In this document: piece by piece, positions 33,400 to 51,979 of the stretch
Numbering within the stretch: the stretch's first letter is position 1
Layout: each line of letters begins with the position of its first letter
Origin: the human T2T-CHM13v2.0 reference genome, Homo sapiens
Strand: one strand, 5' to 3'
Length of the DNA: 64,000 nucleotides
NCBI RefSeq assembly: GCF_009914755.1
Contig: NC_060931.1
The notes under the pieces: generated by a model
Seen by the model: the letters and a program-made list of their open reading frames with translations, nothing else
Told to the model about the DNA's origin: nothing
The model's database searches: none
Translations under genes and position numbers: made by a program

Positions 33400-34140
33400 T
33401 TAACACCAAGAAATTGAATATTAACATTGAAGCACCCAGGGCTTCTCCTGTATTGCATTCTTTCCTAGAAGTGATCACCAGCCTATGTTTTGAATTAATT
33501 ATGCCTACGCTTTCGCTGTTTTGCCACACTATATCTTCTATAATATTGTCTTGTTTGCTTTTAGGCCAATATATATGCAATGCAAATGGCATATATATTG
33601 ACATGCACACACATCCCCTTTGATGACTTAGTTTTTTATCTTTAACAGTCTATTTGACATTGGTTCCCACTGATGCTTGTGACTGTAGATCACATTCATT
33701 CCTTTACAATATTATGTTGTATGGAAATATTCATTTTATCCATTCTGTTGGTGGGCCTTTGAGTTGTTTTCAGCTTTTTTTTCTCAGGTACAAATAATGC
33801 TTCCATGAAGATTCTTGTAATTGGTTTCCTTGGTATATTTGTAACAACATTTCTTTAGGGTGAAACCATAAATTGCAGAGACTACATACTTTAAAACTTA
33901 TTAGGAATTAACAACTTATTTTCTAAGGTGGCTGTACCAATTTACACTCCTAGTATAATTTCATGAGAGTTCTTGTGGCACCCTGTCCTCACCAATTCTT
34001 ACCTGACATGTAAATGTTACCATGTGGTTTTAATCTGTATTTCCCTATTTGCTTCTAAGACTTTAAACACTTTACTTTCATTTAAGTCCTTGACCCATTT
34101 AAATTTGACTTTTGTGCATGAAGTTATATATATACCTGTC
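33400..34140 (-). mobile_element. Old L1ME-like fragment
   Basis: ttttatccattctgttggtgggcctttgagttgttttcag, ggctgtaccaatttacactcc. Confidence 0.5.
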
Positions 34141-34416
34141 CTTTTGAAAATGTCCGTATATTTCTCTTATTAAGAATTTTCGAGGGAGGAGCCAAGATGG
34201 CCGAATAGGAACAGCTCCGGTCTACAGCTCCCAGCGTGAGCAACGCAGAAGACGGGTGATGTCTGCATTTCCATCTGAGGTACCGGGTTCATCTCACTAG
34301 GAAGTGCCAGACAGTGGGCGCAGGTCAGTGGGTGCGCGCACCGTGTGCGAGCCGAAGCAGGGCGAGGCATTGCCTCACTTGGGAAGCGCAAGGGGTCAGG
34401 GAGTTCCCTTTCCTAG

Positions 34417-34632
34417 TCAAAGAAAGGGTTGATGGATGCACCTGGAAAATCGGGTCACTCCCACCCGAATACTGCGCTTTTCCAACCGGCTTAAAAAACG
34501 GCGCACCACGAGATTATATCCCGCACCTGGCTCAGAGGGTCCTACGCCCATGGAGTCTCCCTGATTGCTAGCACAGCAGTCTGAGATCAAACTGCAAGGC
34601 GGCAGCGAGGCTGGGGGAGGGGCACCCGCCAT
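34417..34632 (-). CDS. L1 ORF0 (71 aa), intact
   Basis: MAGAPPPASLPPCSLISDCC...RFSRCIHQPFL; ATG in GCAATGG context; both known internal splice donors present (after nt 106 and nt 191). Confidence 0.75.
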   Translation of the reverse strand: MAGAPPPASLPPCSLISDCCASNQGDSMGVGPSEPGAGYNLVVRRFLSRLEKRSIRVGVTRFSRCIHQPFL

Positions 34633-35087
34633 TGCCCAAGCTTGCTTAGGTAAACAAAGCAGCCAGGACGCTCGAACTGGGTGGAGCCCACCACAGCTCA
34701 AGGAGGCCTGCCTGCCTCTGTAGGCTCCACCTCTGGGGGCAGGGCACAGACAAACAAAAAGACAGCAGTAACCTCTGCAAACTTAAATGTCCCTGTCTGA
34801 CAGCTTTGAAGAGAGCAGTGGTTCTCCCAGCACGCAGCTGGAGATCTGAGAACGGGGAGACTGCCTCCTCAAGTGGGTCCCTGACCCCTGACCCCCGAGC
34901 AGCCTAACTGGGAGGCACCCCCCAGCAGGGGCACACTGACACTTCACACGGCAGGGTACTCCAACAGACCTGCAGCTGAGGGTCCTGTCTGTTAGAAGGA
35001 AAACTAACAAACAGAAAGGACATCCACACCAAAAACCCATCTGTACGTCACCATCATCAAAGACCAAAAGTAGATAAAACCACAAAG

Positions 35088-36104
35088 ATGGGGAAAAAAC
35101 AGAACAGAAAAACTGGAAACTCTAAAAAGCAGAGCACCTCTCCTCCTCCAAAGGAACGCAGTTCCTCACCAGCAACGGAACAAAGCTGGATGGAGAACGA
35201 CTTTGACAAGCTGAGAGAAGAAGGCTTCAGACGATCAAATTACTCTGAGCTACGGGAGGACATTCAAACCAAAGGCAAAGATGTTGAAAACTTTGAAAAA
35301 AATTTAGAAGAATGTATAACTAGAATAACCAATACAGACAAGTGCTTAAAGGAGCTGATGGAGCTGAAAACCAAGGCTCGAGAACTACGTGACGAATGTA
35401 CAAGCCTCAGGAGCCGATGCGATCAACTCGAAGAAAGGGTATCAGCAATGGAAGATGAAATGAATGAAATGAAGCAAGAAGGGAAGTTTAGAGAAAAAAG
35501 AATAAAAAGAAATGAGCAAAGCCTCCAAGAAATATGGGACTATGTGAAAAGACCAAATCTACGTCTGACTGGTGTACCTGAAAGTGACGGGGAGAACGGA
35601 ACCAAGTTGGAAAACACTCTGCAGGATGTTATCCAGGAGAACTTCCCCAATCTAGCAAGGCAGGCCAATGTTCAGATTCAGGAAATACAGAGAATGCCAC
35701 AAAGATACTCCTCGAGAAGAGCAACTCCAAGACACATAATTGTCAGATTCACCAAAGTTGAAATGAAGGAAAAAATGTTAAGGGCAGCCAGAGAGAAAGG
35801 TCGGGTTACCCTCAAAGGGAAGCCCATCAGACTAACAGCAGATCTCTCGGCAGAAACCCTACAAGACAGAAGAGAGTGGGGGCCAATATTCAACATTCTT
35901 AAAGAAAAGAATTTTCAACCCAGAATTTCATATCCAGCCAAACTAAGCTTCATAAGTGAAGGAGAAATAAAATACTTTACAGACAAGCAAACGCTGAGAG
36001 ATTTTGTCACCACCAGGCCTGCCCTAAAAGAGCTCCTGAAGGAAGCGCTAAACATGGAAAGGAACAACCGGTACCAGCCGCTGCAAAATCATGCCAAAAT
36101 GTAA
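35088..36104 (+). CDS. L1 ORF1p (338 aa), intact
   Basis: MGKKQNRK start; REKG, RR261-262 and YPAKLS motifs retained (A260D). Confidence 0.93.
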   Translation: MGKKQNRKTGNSKKQSTSPPPKERSSSPATEQSWMENDFDKLREEGFRRSNYSELREDIQTKGKDVENFEKNLEECITRITNTDKCLKELMELKTKARELRDECTSLRSRCDQLEERVSAMEDEMNEMKQEGKFREKRIKRNEQSLQEIWDYVKRPNLRLTGVPESDGENGTKLENTLQDVIQENFPNLARQANVQIQEIQRMPQRYSSRRATPRHIIVRFTKVEMKEKMLRAAREKGRVTLKGKPIRLTADLSAETLQDRREWGPIFNILKEKNFQPRISYPAKLSFISEGEIKYFTDKQTLRDFVTTRPALKELLKEALNMERNNRYQPLQNHAKM

Positions 36105-36140
36105 AGACCATCGAGACTAGGAAGAAACTGCATCAACTAA

Positions 36141-39995
<3,855 letters not shown>

Positions 39996-41419
39996 ACAAT
40001 GAGATCACATGGACACAGGAAGGGGAACATCACACTCTGGGGACTGTTGTGGGGTGGGGGGAGGGGGGAGGGATAGCACTGGGAGATATATCTAATGCTA
40101 GATGACGAGTTAGTGGGTGCAGTGCACCAGCATGGCACATGTATACATATGTAACTAACCTGCACATTGTGCACATGTACCCTAAAACTTAAAGTATAAT
40201 AATAAAATTAAAAAAAATAAAAAAATAAAAATAAAAAGTATATTTTGTCATAAAATAAAACTCCCTATCAAAAAATTAATTTAAAATGCTTTTTATTATA
40301 AAGTAATACATTGTCACTATTAAATATTTAGGAACTGTAGAAAAATAAACCATAGTTCTATTTAATTTTAATATTAAAATGTTTTCCAGTTTTTTTCAAT
40401 GCATGCCTTTCTTTGTTTTGATTTTGATAAGATGTGGACAAAACCATCAGATGAGGTTTTGTTTGATCATAGGACAAAATTATAAACAAATATTTGGTGA
40501 AATCTTTTTATAAACAAAAGCTATGAGGGTCAAATGGAGTTACGTGTATGTGCTTCTCATACCATAACCATATTTGTGTACACTTTGTAGAAACCATTTC
40601 AGGTGTTCAATCTTGAGCAAGCTTAGCTTATTCTAGCAAGCAAGGAGGAATATTCTAGTGAATTGTGGTAGTGTGTGTGAAGTGGGTTTAGTGTTTGAAG
40701 ATTCTTTCTGCAGGTTTCATGGATACTTTATGGAAAATCAACAGTGCTTTATATATTATCCTTTTATCCTCTCTTCATGACCTTTTTTGATAACCAGGTT
40801 TTAGATCTACGTATGTTTCCAGAGAAAGAAAGGACAGATCAAAAGTTCATCAACTCTCTGATTCTACTATACAGAAGTACAGAAGTGATTCAGGTTGGGG
40901 TAGGAATCATCCTCTAAGCTCTGATCTCGTTTCAAGATAACTTTTTATTTAAAAATAGTGACATGCATGTCTGTTCATCCCACCACACCCCACTTTTTTT
41001 TCCACAGAAGAATGGATACATTTAATTGTATTCTCTGTAAACTTTTTAATGTTTTTCTTTCCTTAGGATAGTTCTACTTGAGCATAAGTTTAATTTTCTC
41101 CCCGGAATTCTCATTTTAAATGCTAGTAATATACATACCCCGAGGTCTGAATTCAGTATGAAAGGAGTCATAATGTGTGATGATTCTAGACCATTCTTAC
41201 AATCTATGCATTTCATTTTTGAATCTACTGCATTTAGCACAGGGTCTAGATGAGGCAGGAACACAATAAAATATTTATTGAATGAATAAGTAAGAGTTTT
41301 AGTTTTCTCTTGTGAAAAATACTGTTCCCAAATAAATGTCAAATGAATTCTGTAGAGTTTTTTCATTGAGCCTGAATTCTGGACTTCATGTCTGACCTTT
41401 TGCAGCCTGAATTTCTAAC

Positions 41420-41600
41420 AGGTTTCCTCAAATTAGAGTGTGTATTAGAATCACCTGGGGGAACTAGCAGACCATGCAGACTCCTTCCTGGGCCATACTT
41501 CCTAGATATTCTCATTCAGTAGGTAAGGTCCAGCCATCTGGGTTTTTAGTAAGTGCTTGAAGTATTTGTGTAAGGTGCTCATAGGACCACACTTTGTTAA
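41420..41600. mobile_element. MER5-like fragment
   Basis: tgtattagaatcacctgggg...ggaccacacttt. Confidence 0.55.
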
Positions 41601-42306
41601 ATATCGTTAAAGGTGTGGGTTCAGGCAGATCCAATATAGATTTGTGTTTTCTCTAATTTGGCTGTGTTTCAACTATTTCAGGCAGATATTCTAAAGAGTT
41701 GGAGGTGGTTTTAGGAAATGGTCCTATGGCAATCTTTAGACCATCAGTCTGAAATAGATTTCAAAAGACTGACTTGTCTTAACTGCACATACGGAAATTA
41801 ACACCTTGTCATATATTATCTTGTGAGCAAATCTCTGTGACATGGAATTTTACTTAAACAGTTGGCCAATATTTTAAAAATAAAATTTCTTAACATCTCG
41901 TTATCATGCTTTTATAGAGGAAGGACTAGCCAATTACTTAAAGTGTCTTTGGCTGGCTGAGAAAGACTGACATGCCCTTGACCTATCCCATGCTCCTTCT
42001 TTAAAAGCTGATTTGCACCTGTGGTTGCTCTTAGAGTCACCTTCAACACCTCACTGAGGAAGTGGGTGTCTCCATGGCTGCACTTGATTCCTGCGCTCTG
42101 AGTGTTACTGTGATTCCCTGATCTGAGTTCCAAAGCACTCCCTTTCCTGCGTAGCTGAAAGGGGAATGAGGATAAAAAAATCTGACTCCTGAATTGCCAC
42201 TTGCAGTATATACAACATCACTTTGCCACAGACTTCTTAAAATAACCATTGTGATTTTTGCATTAAGACATAAAAGAGTACAGAGCATCTAAAAAATATT
42301 AATGTT

Positions 42307-42759
<453 letters not shown>

Positions 42760-42846
42760 TTACTGTATACATGAGAGCTTTGAATTACTGTGATAATCTG
42801 GACATCTGGAAATGAGAATAAGCCTCACTGCCCTGCCTTTAACTGA

Positions 42847-44121
<1,275 letters not shown>

Positions 44122-45084
44122 TGGCCTCTTTTGGTTTAGGGCTTTAAATATCTTTTTGCTAATGTTAATATTTGGTTTTCTTAACTGGTTCAGAACTCAA
44201 GTAGAGAAATAATAGTGCCATTTCCAGACTCCTTTAAATCTCAGCAGTGGATATAACTCTGCCTAGGTGAGAGAAACTTGTATCCCATCGAGGCGTAGGT
44301 AGTATAAATAAGAATAGGCAGCCCTGAGTAGGGTTCTCAGTGAATACCAGGTAGTCTGGCTATACCATCAGAAGGTACTGTATTGTCTAGCTCTGATAAA
44401 GAAATAAAAATGATACCCTGTATTGACACATGTAAAACACTGAAAGTATCTTATTTTCAGGCAGACATGACCTACTATTATGCAGGCTTCCTAAGACAGT
44501 AAACAGATATTTCAGATCGCCAAAGAATAGTTAAATATCCCAATTTCTATTAAATATACATATTGATCCTTGGCATAAAACATAAATGATTGCAACCTTC
44601 TGATTTGTTATAGAGCAGAACATTAGGTGAATCTCAAAACATTGTCAAAAACATTTCTGTAAGGAGGCCCATCTTTCATGGGTAGTACCGTATCAAGAAA
44701 GCCCTGAGCCAATACTTGTGAAAAATTAACAATAGCTTCCATCAAGAACAGAATAAGGAGAAAATGAGTTTTAAATACAGCATAACTAGTGTTTTAAAGA
44801 TGATTTACCAAAAGGGGCAATTTTAAATTAGATTTTTCTTTAGAATGTAGCATGTATTCTCTTGCAAATTAAACTTGTGGGCCTAACTATGTATTGTATC
44901 AAGGGAAGGGAACAGAATTTTCTCTGGGAAGATTCAGCTTTGGGAAAGTTTCACTTGGATAAATTGGGGAGAAATTAAAAAAACATGTTTAATAAGCCAG
45001 ATTTGCTAATTTTAACTCTGGAATCTAAAGAATGACAGATGTCACAATCAGGCAGCATTCATATTCAGCTAGGTAGTTTGTTTA

Positions 45085-46148
45085 AATCAGTGGTTCTCAA
45101 CCTTCTGATAGCATAAAAATTGGCCCAATTGGACTGAGAAAAAATTGGCCTTGCCAAAAACCAGACCAAAATCTTCACCAAAGAACGTAAATACACCATA
45201 TTTAGAATAGGACAATGGTTAGGTTACATCTTAACCACAAAAATGACTAACACCCCTCATTGCCAGCAACTTTGCCTTTTTGATGATCTCTGCTTATTTA
45301 TCAATGATAGCACTGCTCTTGGATGAAGACGATTGAGGAACCCAATCACAGAATTTCCCCAATTTCTTGATGTTATTCAATCCAGAAACTTTCCCTGCTT
45401 CCCTAATCACTCCTTAAAATAATCTACTAAAATCCCCCCACCCACCACCCTCTGACTCTTACTGAGAAGCCCGCAATGTTTCCCTGGAGTTTCAGCAAGG
45501 TAAGCAGGCCTCGTTGCTTAACTACAGGTGTTTTCTTGGTGGTCTTTATTTGATGGGCTTTGATACTTGGCTGCATATTAAAATCATCTGGTGATAAGGT
45601 TTGGCTGTGTCCCCACCCAACTCTCATCTCCAATTGTAATCTCCATAATCTCTACCTGTCAGGGGAGGAAACTGGTGGGAGGTGATTGAATCATGGGGGT
45701 GGTTTTACCCATGCTGTTCTCTTGATAGGGAGTGAATTATCACGAGATCTGATGGTTTAAAGTGTGGCACTTCCACCTTCGGGCGCTCTCTCCTGCTACT
45801 TTGTGAAGCAGGTACTTGCTTCTCTTTTGCTGTCCATCATGACTGCAAGTTTCCCGAGGCCTCCCCAGCCATGCAGAACTGTGAGTCAATTAAACCTCTT
45901 TTCTTTATAAATTACGCTCTTGGGGAGTTCTTTTTTTTTTAGGATTTTTAAATATAATATTATTTATTAGAAAGAAGCTTCTTTGTGAGAATGAACTAAT
46001 ACATCTAGAGAGGTTTTAAAAATCTTGATGCTGAGGCTGCTCCTCAGACCAATTGAATTAGAATTTCTAAGGTTTAGAGCTGGGCACCAGAATTTTTAAA
46101 GCTTTTCAGGTGATTTCAATGTGGAGTCAAGGTTGAGAACCGCTGGTG
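45085..46148. mobile_element. MER5A split by an LTR (45106-45565) and an MSTA LTR
   Basis: cagtggttctcaacctt | ttggctgcatattaaaatcatctgg | ...tcaaggttgagaaccgctg joins into one MER5A. Confidence 0.6.
45592..46003 (+). mobile_element. MSTA solo LTR
   Basis: TGATAAGGTTTGG...ACTAATACA; TSD TCTGG/TCTAG. Confidence 0.85.
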
Positions 46149-46219
46149 TAAATGATTATATCAGAGGTGGAGGATGTACCACATAAATGCCGAAAGTTAC
46201 TCGTAGTCTTGTGATTTTT

Positions 46220-46478
<259 letters not shown>

Positions 46479-46879
46479 CCTTGTGATTTTTAACTCTGAC
46501 ATTATTTTACATTGTCTCTGGTTGTTGATGTATCAAAATTGTCTTAATGTATCTAAGGGAGGGAGAATGATGAGCTGGAAGCAATGCTTTCTTGATGCTA
46601 TCCGTGGTTAGGCTGCAAGGAAGTGAAGTGAGATATTGGCAACATTCATATTTGGTTCTTGAAATGAAAGTGAACGAAATTCTTTGAAAAACTCTTAATG
46701 TGCTTAGAATGGTGGGAGGATATTTTCTCTTTTCACATTACTTTGCTGGACTATATAATGTTTTGGTTTAACTATCACTTCCTTTAATCTGTTCTTTAAA
46801 CTGATGTTTAAACATTTAACTATGTTTTTAAGTATTTCTGTTTACAATAAAAATTAATTTCTCCTTCAGGGCAATAGTA

Positions 46880-47052
46880 ATTGTGTCATAGGGACAGACC
46901 TGGAACAGGCTCTCCCTCACAGCCCTCAAAAGGACCAACCCTGCCAATGCCTTGATTCCACACTTCCAGCCTCTAGAATGAAGACAGATTTCTGTTGTTC
47001 TAAGCCGCAGTGTGTGGTACGTTGCTGTGGCTGTCCTAGGGCACTAATACGG
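46880..47052 (+). mobile_element. MLT1 (A-C) LTR 3' part
   Basis: ctctccctcacagccctc...ttccagcctctagaa...ctgttgttctaagcc. Confidence 0.6.
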
Positions 47053-48021
47053 CACTAGTTATGGCTGCTGTCTACTTACATTGTAGCCTCAACTGGAAAG
47101 ATTTGTGACACACCAGAAGAACATAAGTGAGTTCTAATCCCACATACCAGCTGTGGGACTTTAGAGCTCAAAGAATCTCAGCAACTTAGTTACCCAATCA
47201 CCTTGTCTATAAAATGGAAACACCACCAACCTCCTCAGAGTTGACATGCCCCTCGGTGAGCTCACGCATGTGAACGTGGCCTATACATTTGAAAGGGTGG
47301 CCATTGCACAGTGTTATCACAAGAAGTATGACTTTTCCTAGGCAGGGACAGATTGGCCAGACCTACCCAGAATAAGCCCAGTCTATGTGACCCTACAACC
47401 GCCTTGCTCTATGCCTTGGAAGGTTGATCTGGAAGGGACACATCAATGGCCTTTTGCTACCAACTAGGATGGGCTAAGAGGAGGCACCAATGGGAGGAGA
47501 GTGCCTTCTGGCTCTGTCCTATTGGATTGCCAGAAGTTGACTGTATCATCTACAGCAGGCTTCAGCTACTGCCAGGCAACTGTCCTCATACAGCTACCCT
47601 ATCGGGATTCCAGAAATCTTTGCATCCTTGACCTCCCAGGCTTAGGTTGTAACAGTCTCCCTGGAGGGGCTAACTCCAAGACACTGAACTAAACATGACT
47701 GATTTGCTTGAATTCTGCCCACACCTTGGCAAACAGTCTCTTCAGTAAACATCCCTCAAAATATCCACTTTGAGTAAGCCATCTTTTGCCTGTCAAGACT
47801 CATTTAGTAATTAGTTTACGAGGTGGTCCAAGAAGCAGCCTCAAAATGCAGTTGTAAGATTATTTTGCACTCATATTTGATGACATCATAGATAAACTTC
47901 TTTTTTGAGGGAAACAGAACACAGGTAACTTACGGCACACAGCGGCATCAGGACTAACCAAATGACTTAGCAGTGGCTGCGTGGGATAAAGTCCAGACAG
48001 AGTGTAAAATATTGGGAAACC

Positions 48022-48394
<373 letters not shown>

Positions 48395-49317
48395 TTATTT
48401 CTCCACCCTGATCCTGGCCTGAGCAAGGAAAAAAAAAGGGGAAAGAAGGTGACCAGCTGACCCACAGAATTGTGAGCAAATAAAGTGATTGTCTTAAGCT
48501 ATTATGTTTGAGAGCAGTTGATTATGTTCAAATGCAAACTGCAATAGTAACTATGAAGGTGGTAGGTAGACTGGCTTTAGGGAAAAGGGAAATTGAAGGC
48601 CATGAATGTCCAACCGAGGACATCACTGGAAAGGTGGCAGCCTTTAAAGCAGCTCTGAGGGAATCCTGCGCCTTCTGTAACCTCAGGCAGATGTGGCTGG
48701 GAACCAAGCCCAACACCTGGTTCTCGGGGTTGCAAAATTGCAGCCACAAATAAGAAAGCCCACTGGGTTTCTCAAACTAAGACAGTTTCAAACAGCAGTT
48801 GTCACACCAGCAGTGACAATGTCCGCTGGGGACTTGTTAGAAATTCAAGTTCTCAGTCTACTGATTCAGAATTTTAGGGTGGGGTTCTGCACCCGTTTTA
48901 GCAATTCCTCCAGGGGATTCTGACACAGTCTAGATTTTGAGAATCACCACACTAAGGTAAGTGCTGTTGAGAAAGGGGTGGGACTCTGAGCAGACAGGGA
49001 TGAAGCTGGGAATTCTAAATCCCCAAATTCTTCTGAAATCTGCCTTGTCTTCAAAGGCAGCTCCTCTTCCATCCCAGGAAACTACCTACATCCGCTAAAA
49101 CTTTTCCATGACTGCGCACCAGGCAGCTGCTCATAAGGAGGTGCCAGTTCTTTTCAGAATTCATTCTACTCCCGGGCCTTCCACAAGAATTAGATCCCAA
49201 TGTAGCCCAGATAAAAAACACCAGGCCTGCTCTGACCTCATCCATCTGTGTGGAAGGGGTCCAGGAGCACATGAGAATGCATTCTCAGGGTGACGAACAA
49301 AAGAGGATGAGATATTA

Positions 49318-50071
49318 GCAGTGGTGTGCTGGACATGGTTGGACTGGCTCATGACAGCCGATTATTAAATATTTAGAAATGTTGCAAGATAATTGTTAAA
49401 AATCGCCCTTATTAAAACTTAAGTCGCATACACTTGTAAGTAGGTATACTGAAAATAAAGGTAATAAATACTCCAAACTCACTGTTAGTTATTATCACTA
49501 CTTTTACTATTCTATTTTTGAGGTTATGTACCTCTCGGATCAATATAGTGGGAATACTACACAGTGGTAGCTACTGTGCCTCTGGTCTCAACTCATGTTC
49601 AGCTAGATGTCTACAGCTCGAAGTGAGCTGTGGTGAGAGCATTTGCAAACTGAAGTCAGAAAATGCTGTGAGTCAGGCAACCTGGGTGGAATTGGAGACT
49701 ATTATTCTAGTGAAGTAACTCACTCATAAGTGGGAGCTAAGCTATAAGACAGAAAGGCATAAGAATGATACATTGGACTTTGGGGGCTCAGGGGAAAGGG
49801 TGGGGTGTGGCAAGGGATGAAAGACTACGCACTGGGTACAGTGATGGGTGCCTCAAAATCTCAGAAATTACCACTAAAGAACTTATCCATGTGACCAAAC
49901 ACCACCTGTTCCCCCAAAAACCTATTGAAATAAAATACAAATTTTAAAATTTTAAAAGCAAAATGAACAACAACAAAAAAGAAAGTACTGTAAGCCAGGG
50001 CTTTATTCTTTTTTTTTTTTTTTTTTTTTTAACCGCTGGAGAGCTGCTTGTTAAACACCAGCATAGCCGTG
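49318..50071. mobile_element. MER63-like hAT element interrupted by an L1 3' fragment (~49675-49985)
   Basis: cagtggtgtgctgg...gagctgcttgttaaacaccagca ends; L1 3' UTR cactcataagtgggagctaa...cctattgaaataaaa inside. Confidence 0.55.
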
Positions 50072-50189
50072 ACTATAAGGCTTGATAAGGCTAAATTTAT
50101 TTTCATGAGTATATCTTCTGAGATTCAGGATCTAACATTGGCTCTAAAACCTGGGAGTGATGTTTTATTTGAAACCTGGACTCGATGGC

Positions 50190-50600
50190 TGTATTGGTTT
50201 TCTATCACCGCTGTGACAAATTACCACAAACGAAATGGCTTAAAACAACATATACTTATTATCTTACAGTTCTGGAGGTCAGAAGTCCAAAATGGGTCTC
50301 ACTTAGCTAGAATGAAGGTGCCAGCAGGACTGCATTCCTTTCTGGAGGCTCTAGAGAAATACCTGTTTTCTTACTTCTTCCAGCATCTAGACATTGCCCA
50401 TATTCCGTGGCTTGAGTCCCCTTCCTTCATCTTCAGGGTCAGCAATGGCCAGTTGAGTCTTTCTCCTGATGACAGCTCTTTGATTCTAGCTCTCCTGCCT
50501 CCTGCTTCTTCATTTAAGGAGTCTTGTGGTTACACTGGGACCACCTGCATAACTCCACGGATTAGCAGTCTTAATTCCGTCAGCTCCTATTCTGCCTACC
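50190..50600 (-). mobile_element. MLT1 (C/D-like) LTR
   Basis: tgtattggttttctat...aaattaccacaaa...cttacagttctggaggtcagaagtccaaaat. Confidence 0.7.
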
Positions 50601-51979
50601 ACAGTAGCCTACAGCTAGAGTGCATTCCCAGAACCCCCCGCAAAGGCTTAGAGAAATAGGAACAGTAGAATGAATCTATTATGTGCAACCTGCTCAGCCC
50701 CCTCCCCAACCATCCCCATTCAACTGACCCCACTGGAGGATCCTGGAGTAATCTCCACACACAAAAGCTTTGAAAAACATATTGGAGATGGGCCAATCGC
50801 ACAGAGTTCTTTGGAAAGCTCTGGATGGAACAGGTTCCCTGATATCAAGGAGAATAACACAATTCTGCTGTGGTAGAGCCCAGGTGGCACCACTTCCCCA
50901 ATAGTGATATGGTGGCCATAATTACTACACTAAGCCTCGAGAACACAATGGTGCTGCAGGAATTTGTGGTTATGACTGATTATGGTGTCCTTAGAAATGG
51001 AATAAGCAGCAGGTAGCCTACTAAGCAGCTGGCTGCTTGACATGTATTGGAGAAAAAAAATAATTCATGGGCAGAAGTCTAAATCAAGTCATCCTAGGGA
51101 GATGCATAACCTCTTTCACAGACCTGGAGCCCTAGAATGAAGACCCTGCAAAGCAGTCATAGCGTATGATACGAATTTTCTCCCAAAGTTTTCCCAGAGC
51201 AAACAGTGGCCATTTACCCTGATAACTGTGATGTGGGAGAGGGGAATATACAAATCTCCCAGGAGTTATTAGATACTGTCTCTTAATTTACATGAGTCTT
51301 CAGAGACCACCTTGCAGTATGGGAGCTCCTGCAGATCAAGTGCTGAATCGTCCTTGCCCAAGTCCCTCTTATATTGGGTCCAACATGGACCCTCACTGTG
51401 ATTATACCCTCAATTTCAGGGTGTGTAGAAAGAATAAACTTTGCAACTGGCAGAATGTCCGCACTGGTTCCCTGATCTGTGGAGTAGGGCTATTATAACT
51501 GGAAGGGCCAAATGAACTCTTCTGGAACTGACTTCTTTGCCAAAATTGTAAATCAAAAGCAACAGTGCATCCCTAGGGAGCTAGTACTCCGCACTTTGTG
51601 GCTAACCTAGGGGAATAGTCTGGACTGTAACCATTTGCCCTTCCTAGGGAGATAAGAAAAGTTTTATTATCCCTTTTGATCAGAGCAATTAATCAAACAA
51701 ATGACTACAGACCTAATCCTCACAGTATATGAAAAGTAAAACATTGCTAGGAGAAGGCAAACATTCTTTATCTTTACATTATACACATTTCTGTGTCTCA
51801 GGAGGCTACAGCTTCTAGATAGGAGCACTGAGGAATCTAGGGGAGACTTATTTCTCCACAGGTACAAGTGGGGCCCCTCTTACCAGAACCACAGGACTGA
51901 GAATAAGAAATGATAGTCACTCCCAAAGCAAGATTTGGGGACTATTGGCAACATAAAAGGGAAATAGAGACTTGAAAGG

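Noticed and set aside
50048-50659. 203-aa ORF
   Set aside because: Mostly antisense MLT1 LTR; non-ATG start.
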